Positions 1-10,655 of a DNA stretch of 64,000 bases are shown one piece after another (position 1 is the stretch's first letter; each line of letters starts with the position of its first letter). Under the pieces are notes generated by a model. The model was not told where the DNA came from, did no database searches, and saw only the letters and a program-made list of their open reading frames with translations. This DNA comes from Synechococcus sp. Its GTDB lineage: Bacteria > Cyanobacteriota > Cyanobacteriia > PCC-6307 > Cyanobiaceae. The stretch spans positions 384,001-448,000 of the forward strand of contig JBJBCN010000002.1 in NCBI GenBank assembly GCA_047285805.1, in the 5' to 3' direction. Position numbers and translations under genes: made by a program.

Positions 1-788
1 GCGTAGCGATTGCCCGAGCCGTGGCAGAGAACAACGCACTGATCAACAGGGCGCTGCCCTTCAACCAAAAAGCGCTGATCCCTGAGCATGAGCTCCTCGT
101 GATTGCCGAAGGCTGATTTCAACAAAGCCCTGAGCTCTTTAGAGCAGGGCTCAACACCAGCGAGGCTTTCAACCCGATTGAGGAAGGGGAAGGCCTCGAG
201 AACGGGATCAACCTCAACCGATTGGGGTGTGTTGACCTCTGATTCCGGCTGTTGGGCTGCTTCCCTCTTAAGAGAACTTTTTTCTGGAGTCTCTAAGACT
301 CTTAGTGGTGACCCCTCATTGGGGGTCAGGGGGTGACCCTTCTGGGGGGTCAGGTGGGGTGACCCCTCATTAGGGGTCAGGGGGTGACCCTTCTGAGGGG
401 TCAGGTCTGCTGATTTCCGTGCTTTGGCCCACGGCCAGCGAACGTCTTTCGCACGTGCTTGGTTGCGGTGCTCTTGCAACAGCAGCTCAAAGCGATCGGA
501 CTCAACAGCGGGGCCAAGCTGCAGGGTGCTGGGCTTGCCTGGGATCTTGATTTCGGTGAGCAGGCCAGCCTTCACCAGGGCGGCCTTGATCTCGCCAGGG
601 CGTCGGCGGTTGATGTCGAAGGCGACGGCCTCGGAGGCCACGCTGATGGATCGTGAACCGTTGGTTGATGTATCAACCATGCCGAGTAGGTGCATGGCGA
701 TGTTGAGTTGATCGCGTGACTTCGCGTTGATCAACCAAGCAACAGCGAACTGCTGGTCAACGGGGTTGAAGAAGAAGCTGCGGGACAT
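1..788 (-). CDS. Putative replication initiator/DNA-binding protein of the integrated element (3' end outside window; not in ORF track)
   Basis: Hand translation from ATG at 788 is open to the window edge: MSRSFFFNPVDQQFAVAWLINAKSRDQLNIAMHLLGMV...LTPQKGHPLTPNEGSPHLTPQKGHPLTPNEGSP...; contains internal palindromic DNA repeats; co-oriented with and downstream of a serine recombinase. Function is inferred. Confidence 0.55.
   Translation of the reverse strand, partial: MSRSFFFNPVDQQFAVAWLINAKSRDQLNIAMHLLGMVDTSTNGSRSISVASEAVAFDINRRRPGEIKAALVKAGLLTEIKIPGKPSTLQLGPAVESDRFELLLQEHRNQARAKDVRWPWAKARKSADLTPQKGHPLTPNEGSPHLTPQKGHPLTPNEGSPLRVLETPEKSSLKREAAQQPESEVNTPQSVEVDPVLEAFPFLNRVESLAGVEPCSKELRALLKSAFGNHEELMLRDQRFLVEGQRPVDQCVVLCHGSGNRY
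309..403. repeat. Four palindromic iteron-like units TGACCC-N-GGGGTCA arranged as a 51-bp tandem duplication
   Basis: Units 309-328 TGACCCCTCATTGGGGGTCA, 334-352 TGACCCTTCTGGGGGGTCA, 360-379 TGACCCCTCATTAGGGGTCA, 385-403 TGACCCTTCTGAGGGGTCA. Confidence 0.9.
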
Positions 789-1131
789 CGGTTGGCATGA
801 GCGTTGTGGGGATATGGCGTTACGATTCCAAGGTGCTCTTTTGCTATTCCCGACTGAGCTCTAAAGGCGTCGTCTTGGGTGGGCGGCACCTTTTTTAATG
901 GGAGCTTGGAGTGACCCTGGCGACAAGGAATGAGCAGGGCAACTAACCGATAAGTAGAGCTAATAAAGCCCGCTGTTTCAGTACTTTGGGCTTGCCGATT
1001 GTTGTTGATTGATTCCATCCAATAGCTGCACTGCAGCGTGAGGATCAACGCCGCCATGCATTGCGGGTATCAACAATGCGTTGTCGGTTGATGCTGCCCC
1101 TGGTGAGGCTTGGGGAGGGTGTCAGCTGGGC

Positions 1132-2724
1132 TTATCCGCCTCTCCTGAGCCCTCTTAGGCGCCTTTCCTCGGGAGGCGTGGCGATGTCCTTTGCGTTGGC
1201 ATCCACGGCCTCCCACCACTCAAACGTCCTGCTCAGCGCCACGTTGTCGCTGATGCCTTCCTCGAGGCCGAGCTGAATCCGCTGGTCTTCGGGGCTGAGG
1301 CTGTCATCGTTGAGCTCAAAGCGTTCCTTTTTCGTCGCTGGATCGAAGCTCCACTTGAACCCGAAGCGACCGCTGGCGACTTCAATCACCCAACGGTTTT
1401 CAACGCGAGCCCCGAGTTCGGCGTCGTCGATGGCTTCGAGCAGTTGTTGGTCCGTCAGCTCCCATGGCTGCGCGAGCAACGGGGTGAGTCGTTCGATCAG
1501 CTGAGCGGTGGTGACCTGCGAGCCATGCATCCTGCTGACTTCCTGCTCGATCGCCTTTTCCTTTTCCGCGATCAGCGGGCCGGTGCCATCAATGTTGAGA
1601 GCCCTCAGTGCGGTCAAATCCGATCTCAGCTTGAGCAGCTCCTTTGATTCCACGGCCTCGCGGCTGGCCATAGCGGCCTTGAGCGGAGCCAACCGCTGGA
1701 CCAACGCCGGGCCCATCCATTCAATGGCGCGGCAGATCGAGGCTCTGGCGCTGGCATCGAGGATCGAGTTGGCGCCGTACCGCTGAGAGCAGTCGGCGGT
1801 GATGCAGCGGAGCCGACCATGGTGGCGCCCCATACGGATGCCGCACTCATGGCAACGGAAGTGCCCTGTTCGCCAGCTGCGTTGGGTTGATTGCCTGTGA
1901 GCGGAAGCGCCTCGAGCAGTGGAGGCTTCGAGCGCCCGTTCAACCTCAGTCCAGGTTGCTCTGGGGATCAATCCCTGGTGGCGGTCCCATTCGATGGAGT
2001 CATAGACGCCAGGCCTTGGGCCTTTGCGCTTGCGGGTGCCATCGGGCAGCGTCACCCAGGTGCCAGCGCAGCGGCCAATGCCGCCAGCGATGGCTGGGTT
2101 CTTCAACCAATTTCGGAAACTCAGCCTTGGCTTGTGGATCCCGTGGGTTCGGTTGAGCCAGAGCACGGTTTCTTGGATGCTCCGGCTTCTGAGGAAGTGC
2201 TCGATTGCTCCGCGAGAGACCTCCTCGAGTTCGGGGTCAACCACCAGGCCCAGGCCATCGGGCGCTCGCAGGAAGCCCCATGGAGGTTTGCCACCGTGGC
2301 CTCCTTTGCTCTGGCGGTGTGCTCTGCCGTGGGCGACGCGCTCGGCCAAGCGTTCAACTTCACCGGCATTGACCGCCGAGAGCAGTCGGGCTGTCATGCG
2401 CCCGGCAACGGTTGAAACGTCGAGGCCGTCGTCCAGCAGTCGGAGGTTGGCGGTGCCTTCCCGAGCAAAGAAGTCGAGCAGCTTTTCGTTGAACTTGGGG
2501 CTTCGGGTGATCCGATCCAGCCGGGTGGCGATCAGGGTGTCTTCGGGGCCCAGCAGAGCCAGGGCTTTCTTGAGTTCGGGCCGGTTGTCCTGCGTCCCGC
2601 TCTGCACATCAGAAAAGATTTCAGTGCAGCCAGCGGCGACAAGGCGAGCTTTCTGCTGCTCGAACGCCGAGGAATCGCGGGCCTGCTCCAGGCTCGAGAC
2701 TCTGGCGTAGCCGATCAGCGACAT
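1132..2724 (-). CDS. Large serine recombinase (resolvase + recombinase + Zn-ribbon domains)
   Basis: IGYARVSS catalytic motif, TRLDRITRS, ERLAERV...GGKPPWGF, LKNPAIAG, Zn ribbon CHECG...RCITADC; about 530 aa. Confidence 0.92.
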   Translation of the reverse strand: MSLIGYARVSSLEQARDSSAFEQQKARLVAAGCTEIFSDVQSGTQDNRPELKKALALLGPEDTLIATRLDRITRSPKFNEKLLDFFAREGTANLRLLDDGLDVSTVAGRMTARLLSAVNAGEVERLAERVAHGRAHRQSKGGHGGKPPWGFLRAPDGLGLVVDPELEEVSRGAIEHFLRSRSIQETVLWLNRTHGIHKPRLSFRNWLKNPAIAGGIGRCAGTWVTLPDGTRKRKGPRPGVYDSIEWDRHQGLIPRATWTEVERALEASTARGASAHRQSTQRSWRTGHFRCHECGIRMGRHHGRLRCITADCSQRYGANSILDASARASICRAIEWMGPALVQRLAPLKAAMASREAVESKELLKLRSDLTALRALNIDGTGPLIAEKEKAIEQEVSRMHGSQVTTAQLIERLTPLLAQPWELTDQQLLEAIDDAELGARVENRWVIEVASGRFGFKWSFDPATKKERFELNDDSLSPEDQRIQLGLEEGISDNVALSRTFEWWEAVDANAKDIATPPEERRLRGLRRGG

Positions 2725-2798
2725 TCCCCCTTGCAGCATGGGTAATCATCATGTTACTCTCCCGCTGCGTAGCCGGCCGTCCTCGACGCTTCCCAGGG

Positions 2799-3044
2799 GT
2801 GCTCGTAGTTGCCCGAGCGGATCGCCAGGCCGATACCGCAGCTCTCGTCATCGATGAGCCTGTCCACGCAGTCGCCCCACCAACTGAGCGCGGGGGACCC
2901 CAGCGGCGCGGCAATGTCCAGGCCACGGTGGGTGCGTGAGCCTCTGGCCCGCCAGCCGAAATGGCTGGTGTAGCCGCTGAACTGCGGGACCTGGAACTGG
3001 GCCAGGCGCCACTGGTTGGCCTGAACCGGAGAGGCAACCAGCAC
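2799..3044 (-). pseudogene. 5' part of an M23 family metallopeptidase gene, interrupted
   Basis: YTSHFGWR, HRGLDIAAPLGSP (HxxxD motif) and CGIGLAIRSGNYEH, then unrelated sequence and a stop before the expected second HxH-type metal-ligand region. Confidence 0.7.
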
Positions 3045-3058
3045 GGCGGTGGCCAGAC

Positions 3059-4234
3059 TTAGAGGAGCCCGATGGCATGAAGCGGCCCGCGTCCGCTTAG
3101 GAGTTCAAGGAGGAAAGCAGAGAAGCCGAGCATGGCCAAGCGCCCGTTCCAGACCTCAGAGCTGTTGTTCCAACCCCAGGCCCACTTGTCCTGGGGATAG
3201 AGCTTGACCTTGGTGGGTAGAGCGGCGGCTTGATCGAGGTTGACCTCGGGTCCTTCTAGGGCGTGTTGGACGAGGTTGGCCAGACCATCAATAAAGGAGG
3301 GGGTGGTGTCGAGTGCGGGTACGCGGCGGAAGTTGGTGATGCCGGCTTCCGTTGCGATCTCGCGGTACTCGATATCGATTTCCTCGAGGGTTTCGATGTG
3401 CTCGCTGACAAAGCTGATGGGGACGACGACGAGGTCCTTGACGCCGGATTCACCGAGCTCATTGAGTGCTTCATCGGTGTAGGGCTTGAGCCACTCGACC
3501 GGGCCGACACGGCTTTGGTAGGCCAGGGTGAATGGATTGGCGTGGCCGAGATCGGTGGCCAGCTTGTCCATGATCAGCTGGGAGCAGGTTTCGATTTCCT
3601 TTTGATAGGGGTCACCGGCTTCCTCGACGTAGCTCTTGGGGACGCCGTGGGCGGAGAAGAAGACGTGGGCGTCAGCGGGGTTGGGGCAGGCCCGTATCTC
3701 TTTGCCGATCAGTTCGGCCATGGCGCCGATGTAACCGGGGTCGTTGTAGTAGCTGCGGATGCAGCGGATGGGGAGATTGGAGAAGGAGGGATCGCCCTGG
3801 CGTAGGCGTTGCAGTTCGCGGAAGCTGGAGCCGCTGGTGCTGATGGAGAAGTGGGGATAGAGAGGAAGGACGACCACTTCATCAATGCCGTCGGCCTTGA
3901 TGTCGGCGACGGCGGATTCCGTGAAGGGGTGCCAGTAGCGCATGGCCACGTAGCTGGTGGCCTCGATGCCGCGCTGGCGCAGGGTGCTCTGCAGTTCCCG
4001 TGCCTGCTGCTCGGTGATGCGCCGCAACGGGGAGCCACCGCCGATGGAACGATAGGCGGCCTGTGATTTGCCGGACCGCAGGCTGCTGATGAGCCAGGCG
4101 AGGGGTTTTTGGAGTGCTGGATTAGGGAGCCGGATGATCTCCGGGTCCGCGAAGAGGTTGTAAAGGAAGGGGCCGACGTCCTGGATGCGTTCAGGGCCGC
4201 CGAGGTTCAGCAACACAACGCCGACCTTGGCCAT
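3059..4234 (-). CDS. hemH: Ferrochelatase with C-terminal CAB/HLIP-like helix
   Basis: [52 protein letters not shown]-terminal [12 protein letters not shown]. Confidence 0.97.
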   Translation of the reverse strand: MAKVGVVLLNLGGPERIQDVGPFLYNLFADPEIIRLPNPALQKPLAWLISSLRSGKSQAAYRSIGGGSPLRRITEQQARELQSTLRQRGIEATSYVAMRYWHPFTESAVADIKADGIDEVVVLPLYPHFSISTSGSSFRELQRLRQGDPSFSNLPIRCIRSYYNDPGYIGAMAELIGKEIRACPNPADAHVFFSAHGVPKSYVEEAGDPYQKEIETCSQLIMDKLATDLGHANPFTLAYQSRVGPVEWLKPYTDEALNELGESGVKDLVVVPISFVSEHIETLEEIDIEYREIATEAGITNFRRVPALDTTPSFIDGLANLVQHALEGPEVNLDQAAALPTKVKLYPQDKWAWGWNNSSEVWNGRLAMLGFSAFLLELLSGRGPLHAIGLL

Positions 4235-4363
4235 GCACCGCTTCATCGCAAAACAACACTGGCGAGCGTAACGCTGCCGGCCTGGGCCTGGTCGCTCTGG
4301 CTCAATCTCGATAGGGTCGGCCGGACCTCTTTATGTGACGAGATCAGCCTCGAACAGCTCGAT

Positions 4364-5524
4364 TTGGCCCTTCGCGAACACAACGCGTTGCTGGCAGGCA
4401 GCGGTGTCTCGTTGCGGCTGGAACGGCGCGGGTCCCGGCTTGGCTTGAGGGGCTCCCTGCCCTGCCGCAGTGGTGGGCCGTCCCAGCGGGTTCAACGGAT
4501 TAGCCTCGGTCTGGAGGCCAATATGGCGGGCCTGGAGCAGGCCCGCGCCCAGCTGAAGCAAGTGCTACATCAGCTCCAGCAGCAACGCTTCCGTTGGCAG
4601 GACTGGGGGGCAAGCCCCCAACCAAGCGAGGCCCCTTCGGACCGACTGACCCCTGCGCTCAACACGCCGATTGGGCCCCGGCTAGAGCGCTTTGAGCAGG
4701 CATTCTTCAACGACCCGCGCCGCCGCCGCAACCCATCGGGTGCTCGGACCACCTGGAGCAGCGCCTATCAGCCGTATCTCAGGCGCCTCAAGCGCCTGGC
4801 CGAGGACCAGGCCCTTGATTGGGGACTCCCCCTGCTTGAGGTTGTTCTCGAGAGTTATCGCGTGGCTTCGCGGGGGCGACAGCAATGCGGCACCACCTTG
4901 GCGGCCCTCGCCCGCTCTGAGGGGTTGGTGTTGCCCTCCGACTGGAGTGAGCGGGCCGCTGGCTATGGCCTCCATGCCGCTCAGTTCCGTCAGCTCCCCA
5001 GTGATCAGCAGATCCTGGACTGGCTGGAGCGCATTCCCAATCCCGCTTGGCGTTTGGCCTATGGGTTGATGGCCACCTACGGCCTACGCAACCACGAGGT
5101 TTTCTTCACCGATCTCTCCGCCCTGGCCCCTGGGGGCGATCGGGTGATCCGCGTCTTGCCGACGAGCAAAACAGGCGAACACCAGGTCTGGCCCTTCCAG
5201 CCGCAGTGGGTGGAGCGCTTCGGCCTGGAGCAACTCGGGGCCCAGCGTCAGTTGCTCCCGACGGTCTGCACGGACCTGAGGCGCACCACACTGCAGCAGG
5301 TTGGACGGCGGGTGGCGGAGCAGTTTCGGCGCTACGACCTGCCGTTAACCCCCTATGACCTGCGCCATGCTTGGGCGGTCCGCACCATCCACATCGGCCT
5401 GCCCGACACCGTGGCGGCGCGAATGATGGGCCACTCGGTGGCGATCCATACCCGTACCTATCACCACTGGATCACCCGCCGGGACCAACAGCAAGCGGTC
5501 GACAACGCCCTGGCCCGCCATTAG
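4364..5524 (+). CDS. Tyrosine recombinase/integrase family protein (start uncertain)
   Basis: ATYGLRNHE, K (TSKTG), YDLRHAWA, MMGHS...HTRTY catalytic residues. The track start at 4109 overlaps hemH, so a later TTG was chosen. Confidence 0.85.
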   Translation: MALREHNALLAGSGVSLRLERRGSRLGLRGSLPCRSGGPSQRVQRISLGLEANMAGLEQARAQLKQVLHQLQQQRFRWQDWGASPQPSEAPSDRLTPALNTPIGPRLERFEQAFFNDPRRRRNPSGARTTWSSAYQPYLRRLKRLAEDQALDWGLPLLEVVLESYRVASRGRQQCGTTLAALARSEGLVLPSDWSERAAGYGLHAAQFRQLPSDQQILDWLERIPNPAWRLAYGLMATYGLRNHEVFFTDLSALAPGGDRVIRVLPTSKTGEHQVWPFQPQWVERFGLEQLGAQRQLLPTVCTDLRRTTLQQVGRRVAEQFRRYDLPLTPYDLRHAWAVRTIHIGLPDTVAARMMGHSVAIHTRTYHHWITRRDQQQAVDNALARH

Positions 5525-5566
5525 GCGGTGGCGACCTGACCTTGACAGATTGGAAGGACACTCCGC

Positions 5567-6244
5567 ATGGTCGCCGTGCCTGATCCCAACGCCCTTGACC
5601 AGACGGCCTCGCAGCTCGGGATGGGCGGTGATCTGGCCCCTGAGGCCACCGCCGATGCCTACCAACGACGCATGGCCCGTCGCAAGGAGGTGCAGCAGCA
5701 ACGGGTTGGCGAGCGCTCCTTAGAGAAGGGATTGGTGCTCGTCTTCACAGGCGATGGCAAAGGAAAGACCACCGCGGCTTTGGGGTTGGTGCTGCGGACC
5801 TTGGGCCATGGGGAGCAGGTGGCGGTGGTTCAGTTCATCAAGGGCGGCTGGCAACCCGGCGAGGCCAAGGCGCTTGAGGCCTTTGGAGAGTCACTGCATT
5901 GGCATGCCCTCGGTGAGGGGTTCACCTGGGAAACCCAGGACCGCGAACGGGATCGTGCCTTGGTCCAGGAGGCCTGGAATCGCTCTTGCAACTATCTCGC
6001 GGATCCGAGTCGCAAATTGGTCGTGCTCGACGAGGTGAATGTGGCGTTGAAGTTGGGCTACCTTGATGTGGAGGATCTGTTAGAAGGCCTCAAGTTGAGA
6101 CCACCGCTGACCCATGTGGCCTTGACTGGCCGCGGTGCTCCGCCGGCCTTGATTGAACGGGCTGATCTGGTTACGGAGATGAAGCTCGTGCGCCATCCAT
6201 TCCGGGAACAGGGTGTGAAAGCCCAAGCTGGGATCGAGTTCTAG
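5567..6244 (+). CDS. cobO: Cob(I)alamin adenosyltransferase
   Basis: [50 protein letters not shown]. Confidence 0.95.
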   Translation: MVAVPDPNALDQTASQLGMGGDLAPEATADAYQRRMARRKEVQQQRVGERSLEKGLVLVFTGDGKGKTTAALGLVLRTLGHGEQVAVVQFIKGGWQPGEAKALEAFGESLHWHALGEGFTWETQDRERDRALVQEAWNRSCNYLADPSRKLVVLDEVNVALKLGYLDVEDLLEGLKLRPPLTHVALTGRGAPPALIERADLVTEMKLVRHPFREQGVKAQAGIEF

Positions 6245-6498
6245 GAGTTGGCATTGGCCTGGACCATGGCCAATGCACTCATCAGAACCGACAGCCCACT
6301 AATGAGTAGAGCCCGGTGAACGACCGGCTCTCGCCAGGCGCTGGGGTCTTCGGTGAGCTGTTCCACTGCTGAGAGGGTGAGCCGGGCCATGAGGCCGCTG
6401 CGGCAGAAGCTGCCTGGGGCAATGGGTTGGTCTTGATGCCTGTCCATCCAGCACTGCCATCTCTCGGTCATCGAAGCGCTCCTCGCCAGCGTCGGCAA
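6241..6498 (-). CDS. Small hypothetical membrane protein
   Basis: Fills the gap between cobO and pyrH; hydrophobic C-terminus. Confidence 0.5.
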   Translation of the reverse strand: MPTLARSASMTERWQCWMDRHQDQPIAPGSFCRSGLMARLTLSAVEQLTEDPSAWREPVVHRALLISGLSVLMSALAMVQANANS

Positions 6499-6548
6499 GG
6501 GATCTCACGCTTGCTACTGTTCGGCCAACGAAGCTGTAGCACGAAGGG

Positions 6549-7262
6549 ATGGCCTATCAGCGCGTGTTGCTGAAGCTCAGTGGCGAAGCCCTAATGGGCG
6601 AACAGGGCTACGGCATCGACCCTGCGGTAGTGGATGCGATCTCCAAGGACGTGGCCGCGGTAGTGGCTGACGGCAGCCAGCTGGCGATTGTGGTGGGCGG
6701 CGGCAACATCTTCCGCGGGCTCAAGGGCTCAGCGGCTGGCATGGATCGGGCCACGGCTGACTACGTCGGCATGCTCGCCACCGTGATGAATGCCATCACC
6801 CTCCAGGACGGACTTGAGCGGGCCGGCATTCCGACGCGGGTGCAGAGCGCCATCTCGATGCAAGAGGTTGCGGAGCCCTACATCCGGCGCAAGGCCATTC
6901 GCCACATGGAGAAGGGTCGGGTGGTGATCTTTGCGGCTGGTACCGGCAATCCCTTCTTCACGACCGACACCACTGCAGCGCTGCGTGCGGCGGAGATCGG
7001 GGCCGATGTGGTCTTCAAGGCCACCAAGGTCGATGGGGTGTACGACAAAGACCCCAACAAAAATGCCGACGCGGTGCGCTACGACAGCCTCTCGTTCATG
7101 GATGTCCTCAGCAAAGAGCTTGAGGTCATGGACAGCACGGCGATCGCCCTCTGCAAGGACAACGCCATCCCAATCGTGGTGTTTGATCTCTTTGGTTCCG
7201 GCAACATTGGCCGGGCGGTGCGTGGTGAACCGATCGGCACCAGCATCCTTCCTTCGGCCTAA
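6549..7262 (+). CDS. pyrH: UMP kinase
   Basis: [30 protein letters not shown]. Confidence 0.97.
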   Translation: MAYQRVLLKLSGEALMGEQGYGIDPAVVDAISKDVAAVVADGSQLAIVVGGGNIFRGLKGSAAGMDRATADYVGMLATVMNAITLQDGLERAGIPTRVQSAISMQEVAEPYIRRKAIRHMEKGRVVIFAAGTGNPFFTTDTTAALRAAEIGADVVFKATKVDGVYDKDPNKNADAVRYDSLSFMDVLSKELEVMDSTAIALCKDNAIPIVVFDLFGSGNIGRAVRGEPIGTSILPSA

Positions 7263-7306
7263 CGGGTCGGTCCTGTTCTTTTCTTCAGCGACTCTCTTTT
7301 CTCGCC

Positions 7307-7846
7307 ATGGATCTCGAAGCCAGCATGCGCAAGTCGGTGGATTCCACCCAGCGCACCTTCAACACGATTCGCACAGGCCGAGCGAATTCCTCGCTTCTCG
7401 ACAAGATCCAGGTGGAGTACTACGGCGCCGATACGCCCCTGAAGTCCCTGGCCACGATCAGCACCCCGGACTCCACCACGATTCAGCTCCAGCCTTTCGA
7501 CATGAGCTCCTTGGCTCTGATCGAAAAGGCGATCGCTATGAGTGATCTGGGCTTGACCTGCAACAACGACGGCAAGCTGATTCGCATCAACATTCCGCCA
7601 CTCACCGAGGACCGCCGAAAGGACCTCTGCAAGTTGGCGTCGAAGTATGCCGAGGAGGGCAAGGTTGCCCTACGCAACATTCGCCGCGATGCCATCGACA
7701 AGGTGAAAAAGCAGGAGAAGGAAGGCGATTTCTCCGAGGACCAGAGCCGCGATGAGCAGGACAAGGTTCAGAAGCTCACCGACAAATTCATTGCGGAGAT
7801 TGAGAAGCTTCTGGCGGAGAAGGAAGCGGACATCCTCAAGGTGTGA
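7307..7846 (+). CDS. frr: Ribosome recycling factor
   Basis: [28 protein letters not shown]; follows pyrH. Confidence 0.97.
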   Translation: MDLEASMRKSVDSTQRTFNTIRTGRANSSLLDKIQVEYYGADTPLKSLATISTPDSTTIQLQPFDMSSLALIEKAIAMSDLGLTCNNDGKLIRINIPPLTEDRRKDLCKLASKYAEEGKVALRNIRRDAIDKVKKQEKEGDFSEDQSRDEQDKVQKLTDKFIAEIEKLLAEKEADILKV

Positions 7847-8991
7847 GCCAAGCCCACTGTTTTGATGTTGCCGTCGTCGGTGCCGGTGCGGCGGGTGCAG
7901 CGGCGGCTTATCACCTAGCGGCTCGTGGCCGCCGAGTGCTGCTCCTGGAGTCCCAGGCGTTGCCCCGCCCGAAACCCTGCGGCGGCGGCATGGCAGCGTC
8001 GGTGCAGCGCTGGTTCCCCTTTGATCTGCAGCCGACCGTCGATCGGGTGATCACCCAGGTCAAGTTCACCTGGTGCCTGGAGGATCCAGTGGTGGCAGTG
8101 CTGCCGGGAGATTCCCCGTTCTGGATTGTTCAGCGCTCCAAGCTCGACCACTATCTCGTCCAGCAGGCCGTGGTAGAGGGCGCCGAGCTGCTTGATGACT
8201 CAGAAGTGTCGACGATTCAGCGGGATGGCGACCAGTGGTCTCTCAATGCTGGAGGGCACAGCTACCGGGCGCGAGCCGTCGTGATCGCCGATGGCTCCAA
8301 TTCGCTTTTCGCTGGGCCCATGGGCCTTGGCCCGAGCCAGCCTCGCTTTGCCGAGGCGTTGGCCGCGGAGGTGGATGCTGATGTCCTCGAGGGGGACACG
8401 GCACGCTTTGAGTTTGGTCTGGTGCGCCATGGGTTCTGCTGGGCCTTCCCTCGACAGGGCGGGTACAGCATTGGTGTTGGCACCTTCATTGGCCGCGATG
8501 CGGCTGATGCGGATGCGGTCTTGGCTGAACTGTTGCCGTCATTGGGACTGCCCCCGGATGCTGGGCTGCGGCGACGCTCCCCGCTGCGGGTCTGGGATGG
8601 TCATCACCCGTTGCATGTCCCCGGGGCGGTCGCGGTTGGTGATGCGGCCTCCCTGTGTGACCCCTTCCTGGCGGAAGGGTTGCGCCCGGCCCTGATGAGT
8701 GGGGTCCGCGCCGCAGAGGCGGTCGACCGTTTCTTGGGGTGCTCCGCGCCAGATGAGGCACTGCAGGCCTTGGCCCAGTACAGCGCTGACATGCGCCAGC
8801 AGTGGGGAGACTCCATGGCCTGGGGCCGACGTATCGCCCAGGTCTTCTATAGGGTTCCCAAGGTTGGCTATCAGTTGGGAATCAAGCGCCCCACCGCACC
8901 ACAACGGATCGCTCAGATCCTCTCCGGTGAGATGGGCTATGGCGACATCGCCCAGCGCGTCATTAAACGCTTGCTGTTCAAGCGGGGCTGA
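7843..8991 (+). CDS. Geranylgeranyl-reductase-family FAD-dependent oxidoreductase
   Basis: [40 protein letters not shown]. Confidence 0.85.
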   Translation: MSQAHCFDVAVVGAGAAGAAAAYHLAARGRRVLLLESQALPRPKPCGGGMAASVQRWFPFDLQPTVDRVITQVKFTWCLEDPVVAVLPGDSPFWIVQRSKLDHYLVQQAVVEGAELLDDSEVSTIQRDGDQWSLNAGGHSYRARAVVIADGSNSLFAGPMGLGPSQPRFAEALAAEVDADVLEGDTARFEFGLVRHGFCWAFPRQGGYSIGVGTFIGRDAADADAVLAELLPSLGLPPDAGLRRRSPLRVWDGHHPLHVPGAVAVGDAASLCDPFLAEGLRPALMSGVRAAEAVDRFLGCSAPDEALQALAQYSADMRQQWGDSMAWGRRIAQVFYRVPKVGYQLGIKRPTAPQRIAQILSGEMGYGDIAQRVIKRLLFKRG

Positions 8992-8995
8992 GTCC

Positions 8996-9376
8996 CTAGC
9001 CGACCTTCGTGCAGTCCTTGAGTTGGCGGAGGCGTTGATCGATGGAGCCGAGCAGCTCGATGGCAAACATCGGCGACTCCTGGACCGCGAAGAGGAATTT
9101 CTCGCGATTCATCTTCAGCAGTTTGCAGTCGCTGACCGCTTTGGCGTTGCCATAGCGGCGATGCTCCGCCGTGACCAATGCGCCGGCCCCAAAGACGTCT
9201 CCGGCCTGGATCACCTCATGGCCGACCTCATCGTTCCAGGTGAGTTCGACGGTCCCTTCGAGAACGCCAAACATGCAATCGCCGGTCTCTCCGGACGAGA
9301 AGATCGACCCGCCCGCTGGAGCCTGAATCACCTCGCCCTGGCTCGCCAGGGCGCGCATGGTTTCGAGGGCGTTCAC
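8996..9376 (-). CDS. Cyclic-nucleotide-binding domain protein
   Basis: IFSSGETGDCMFGVLEGTVEL, GDVFGAGAL, RYGNAKA. Confidence 0.85.
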   Translation of the reverse strand: MNALETMRALASQGEVIQAPAGGSIFSSGETGDCMFGVLEGTVELTWNDEVGHEVIQAGDVFGAGALVTAEHRRYGNAKAVSDCKLLKMNREKFLFAVQESPMFAIELLGSIDQRLRQLKDCTKVG

Positions 9377-9408
9377 GTAGGGGTACCACGGTGATGCTGG
9401 ACTTTAGT

Positions 9409-10578
9409 TCAGGTGTTAAGAGCAAGTGCCGCCCCGAGGCCGCCACGGATGTCGTTAGGCAAGAGGCGCCCATCGTGGTCGGTATCCAGGGCGTCAAAGA
9501 CGGCATCGCTCCCCAACCACTCTTCGCGGGTGATGCAGCCATCGCCATCAAGGTCGTTTAGCAGGAAGATTTCCTGGGCGGCATGTTGGAAGGCGCCTGC
9601 GCCCTCCAGTTCTCCGAGGCGGTGAGCGAGCTGGGCTTCGAGGGTTTCGATGGCTTTGGTGAAGCCGCGGATGCCTTCATCCAGCTTTTCGGTAGCCATC
9701 GGATCCTCGGCCATCATCCCCTTGAAGCCCGAAGCATCCAGATGAATCTGTTGCTCGGTTGTCGCCGGGTCGAATGGGTTGAGTTTGCGCTGCAGATCGC
9801 CCTGAGTGTTGCGCAGTTGATCGAGCAGCTTGGGGGAGATGGTCAGTAGATCGCAGCCCGCCAATTCGACGATCTCGTCGATGTTTCGGAAGCTCGCCCC
9901 CATCACCTCGGTTTTGTAGCCGAAGGTCTTGAAGTAGTTGAAGATCTTGGTGACTGACAGGACGCCGGGGTCCTCGTGGCCGGGGTAGCTCTCGCGGCCG
10001 GTGCTCTTTTTGTACCAGTCGAGGATGCGACCGACGAAGGGGGAGATCAAGGTCACCCCGGCTTCAGCGGCAGCGACCGCCTGGGCAAAGCTGAAGAGCA
10101 GGGTCAAGTTGCAGTGAATGCCCTCTTTCTCAAGCACCTCGGCGGCTTTGATGCCTTCCCAGGTAGAGGCGATCTTGATCAGGACCCGATCGCGGCCGAT
10201 GCCGGCTTGGCGATAGAGGCCAATTAGCTTGCGGGCTTTGGTGATCGTGGCTTCGGTGTCAAAGCTCAGGCGGGCATCGACTTCGGTGGAGACGCGGCCA
10301 GGGACGATCTTGAGGATTTCTTTGCCGAAGCTGACGCATATCTCGTCGAGGGCTTCGCGCACCACCTCTTCGGCGGGAGCAGTTGGGCCGCAGACCTCAC
10401 GGGATTCGCGCAAGGAGGTGTCGATCAGGTTCTGGTAGGCCGGAATCTGGGCCGCCGCCAGGATCAACGAGGGGTTGGTGGTGGCGTCCCGGGGGGTGAA
10501 CTGCTGGATCGCATCGATATCTCCAGTGTCGGCGACCACAACGGTCATCGCGGCCAGTTGGTCGAGGAGATTGGCCAT
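9409..10578 (-). CDS. tal: Transaldolase with C-terminal EF-hands
   Basis: [37 protein letters not shown]-hands [12 protein letters not shown] and DTDHDGRL. Confidence 0.95.
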   Translation of the reverse strand: MANLLDQLAAMTVVVADTGDIDAIQQFTPRDATTNPSLILAAAQIPAYQNLIDTSLRESREVCGPTAPAEEVVREALDEICVSFGKEILKIVPGRVSTEVDARLSFDTEATITKARKLIGLYRQAGIGRDRVLIKIASTWEGIKAAEVLEKEGIHCNLTLLFSFAQAVAAAEAGVTLISPFVGRILDWYKKSTGRESYPGHEDPGVLSVTKIFNYFKTFGYKTEVMGASFRNIDEIVELAGCDLLTISPKLLDQLRNTQGDLQRKLNPFDPATTEQQIHLDASGFKGMMAEDPMATEKLDEGIRGFTKAIETLEAQLAHRLGELEGAGAFQHAAQEIFLLNDLDGDGCITREEWLGSDAVFDALDTDHDGRLLPNDIRGGLGAALALNT

Positions 10579-10655
10579 GCCGGGCACCAAAGGTGATTTC
10601 AAGCTAGCGATGCAAAACGGGGACAGAACCCCGTTGTCACCAAGCGGTCATCGAT

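Larger units (their letters stand above)
1..2798 (-). mobile_element. End of a serine-recombinase integrative element inserted in an M23 peptidase gene
   Basis: Large serine recombinase begins about 75 bp after the point where M23 peptidase similarity breaks; followed by a rep-like ORF with repeats. The other end is outside the window. Confidence 0.65.

Noticed and set aside
309..403. Repeat cluster as a mini CRISPR array
   Set aside because: Gaps are only 5-7 nt, there are no unique spacers or cas genes, and the repeats lie in frame inside an ORF.
731..1057. 108-aa minus-strand ORF between recombinase and rep-like gene
   Set aside because: No motif, and it overlaps the better ORF starting at 788 in another frame; more likely promoter or intergenic sequence.
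4364..5524. Tyrosine recombinase as the marker of a second mobile element
   Set aside because: Host-like composition, flanked by hemH and cobO with no cargo or att repeats; from recall this is a resident picocyanobacterial gene.
3059..10578. CAB tail on HemH and EF-hands on transaldolase as novel fusions
   Set aside because: Both are established cyanobacterial features.
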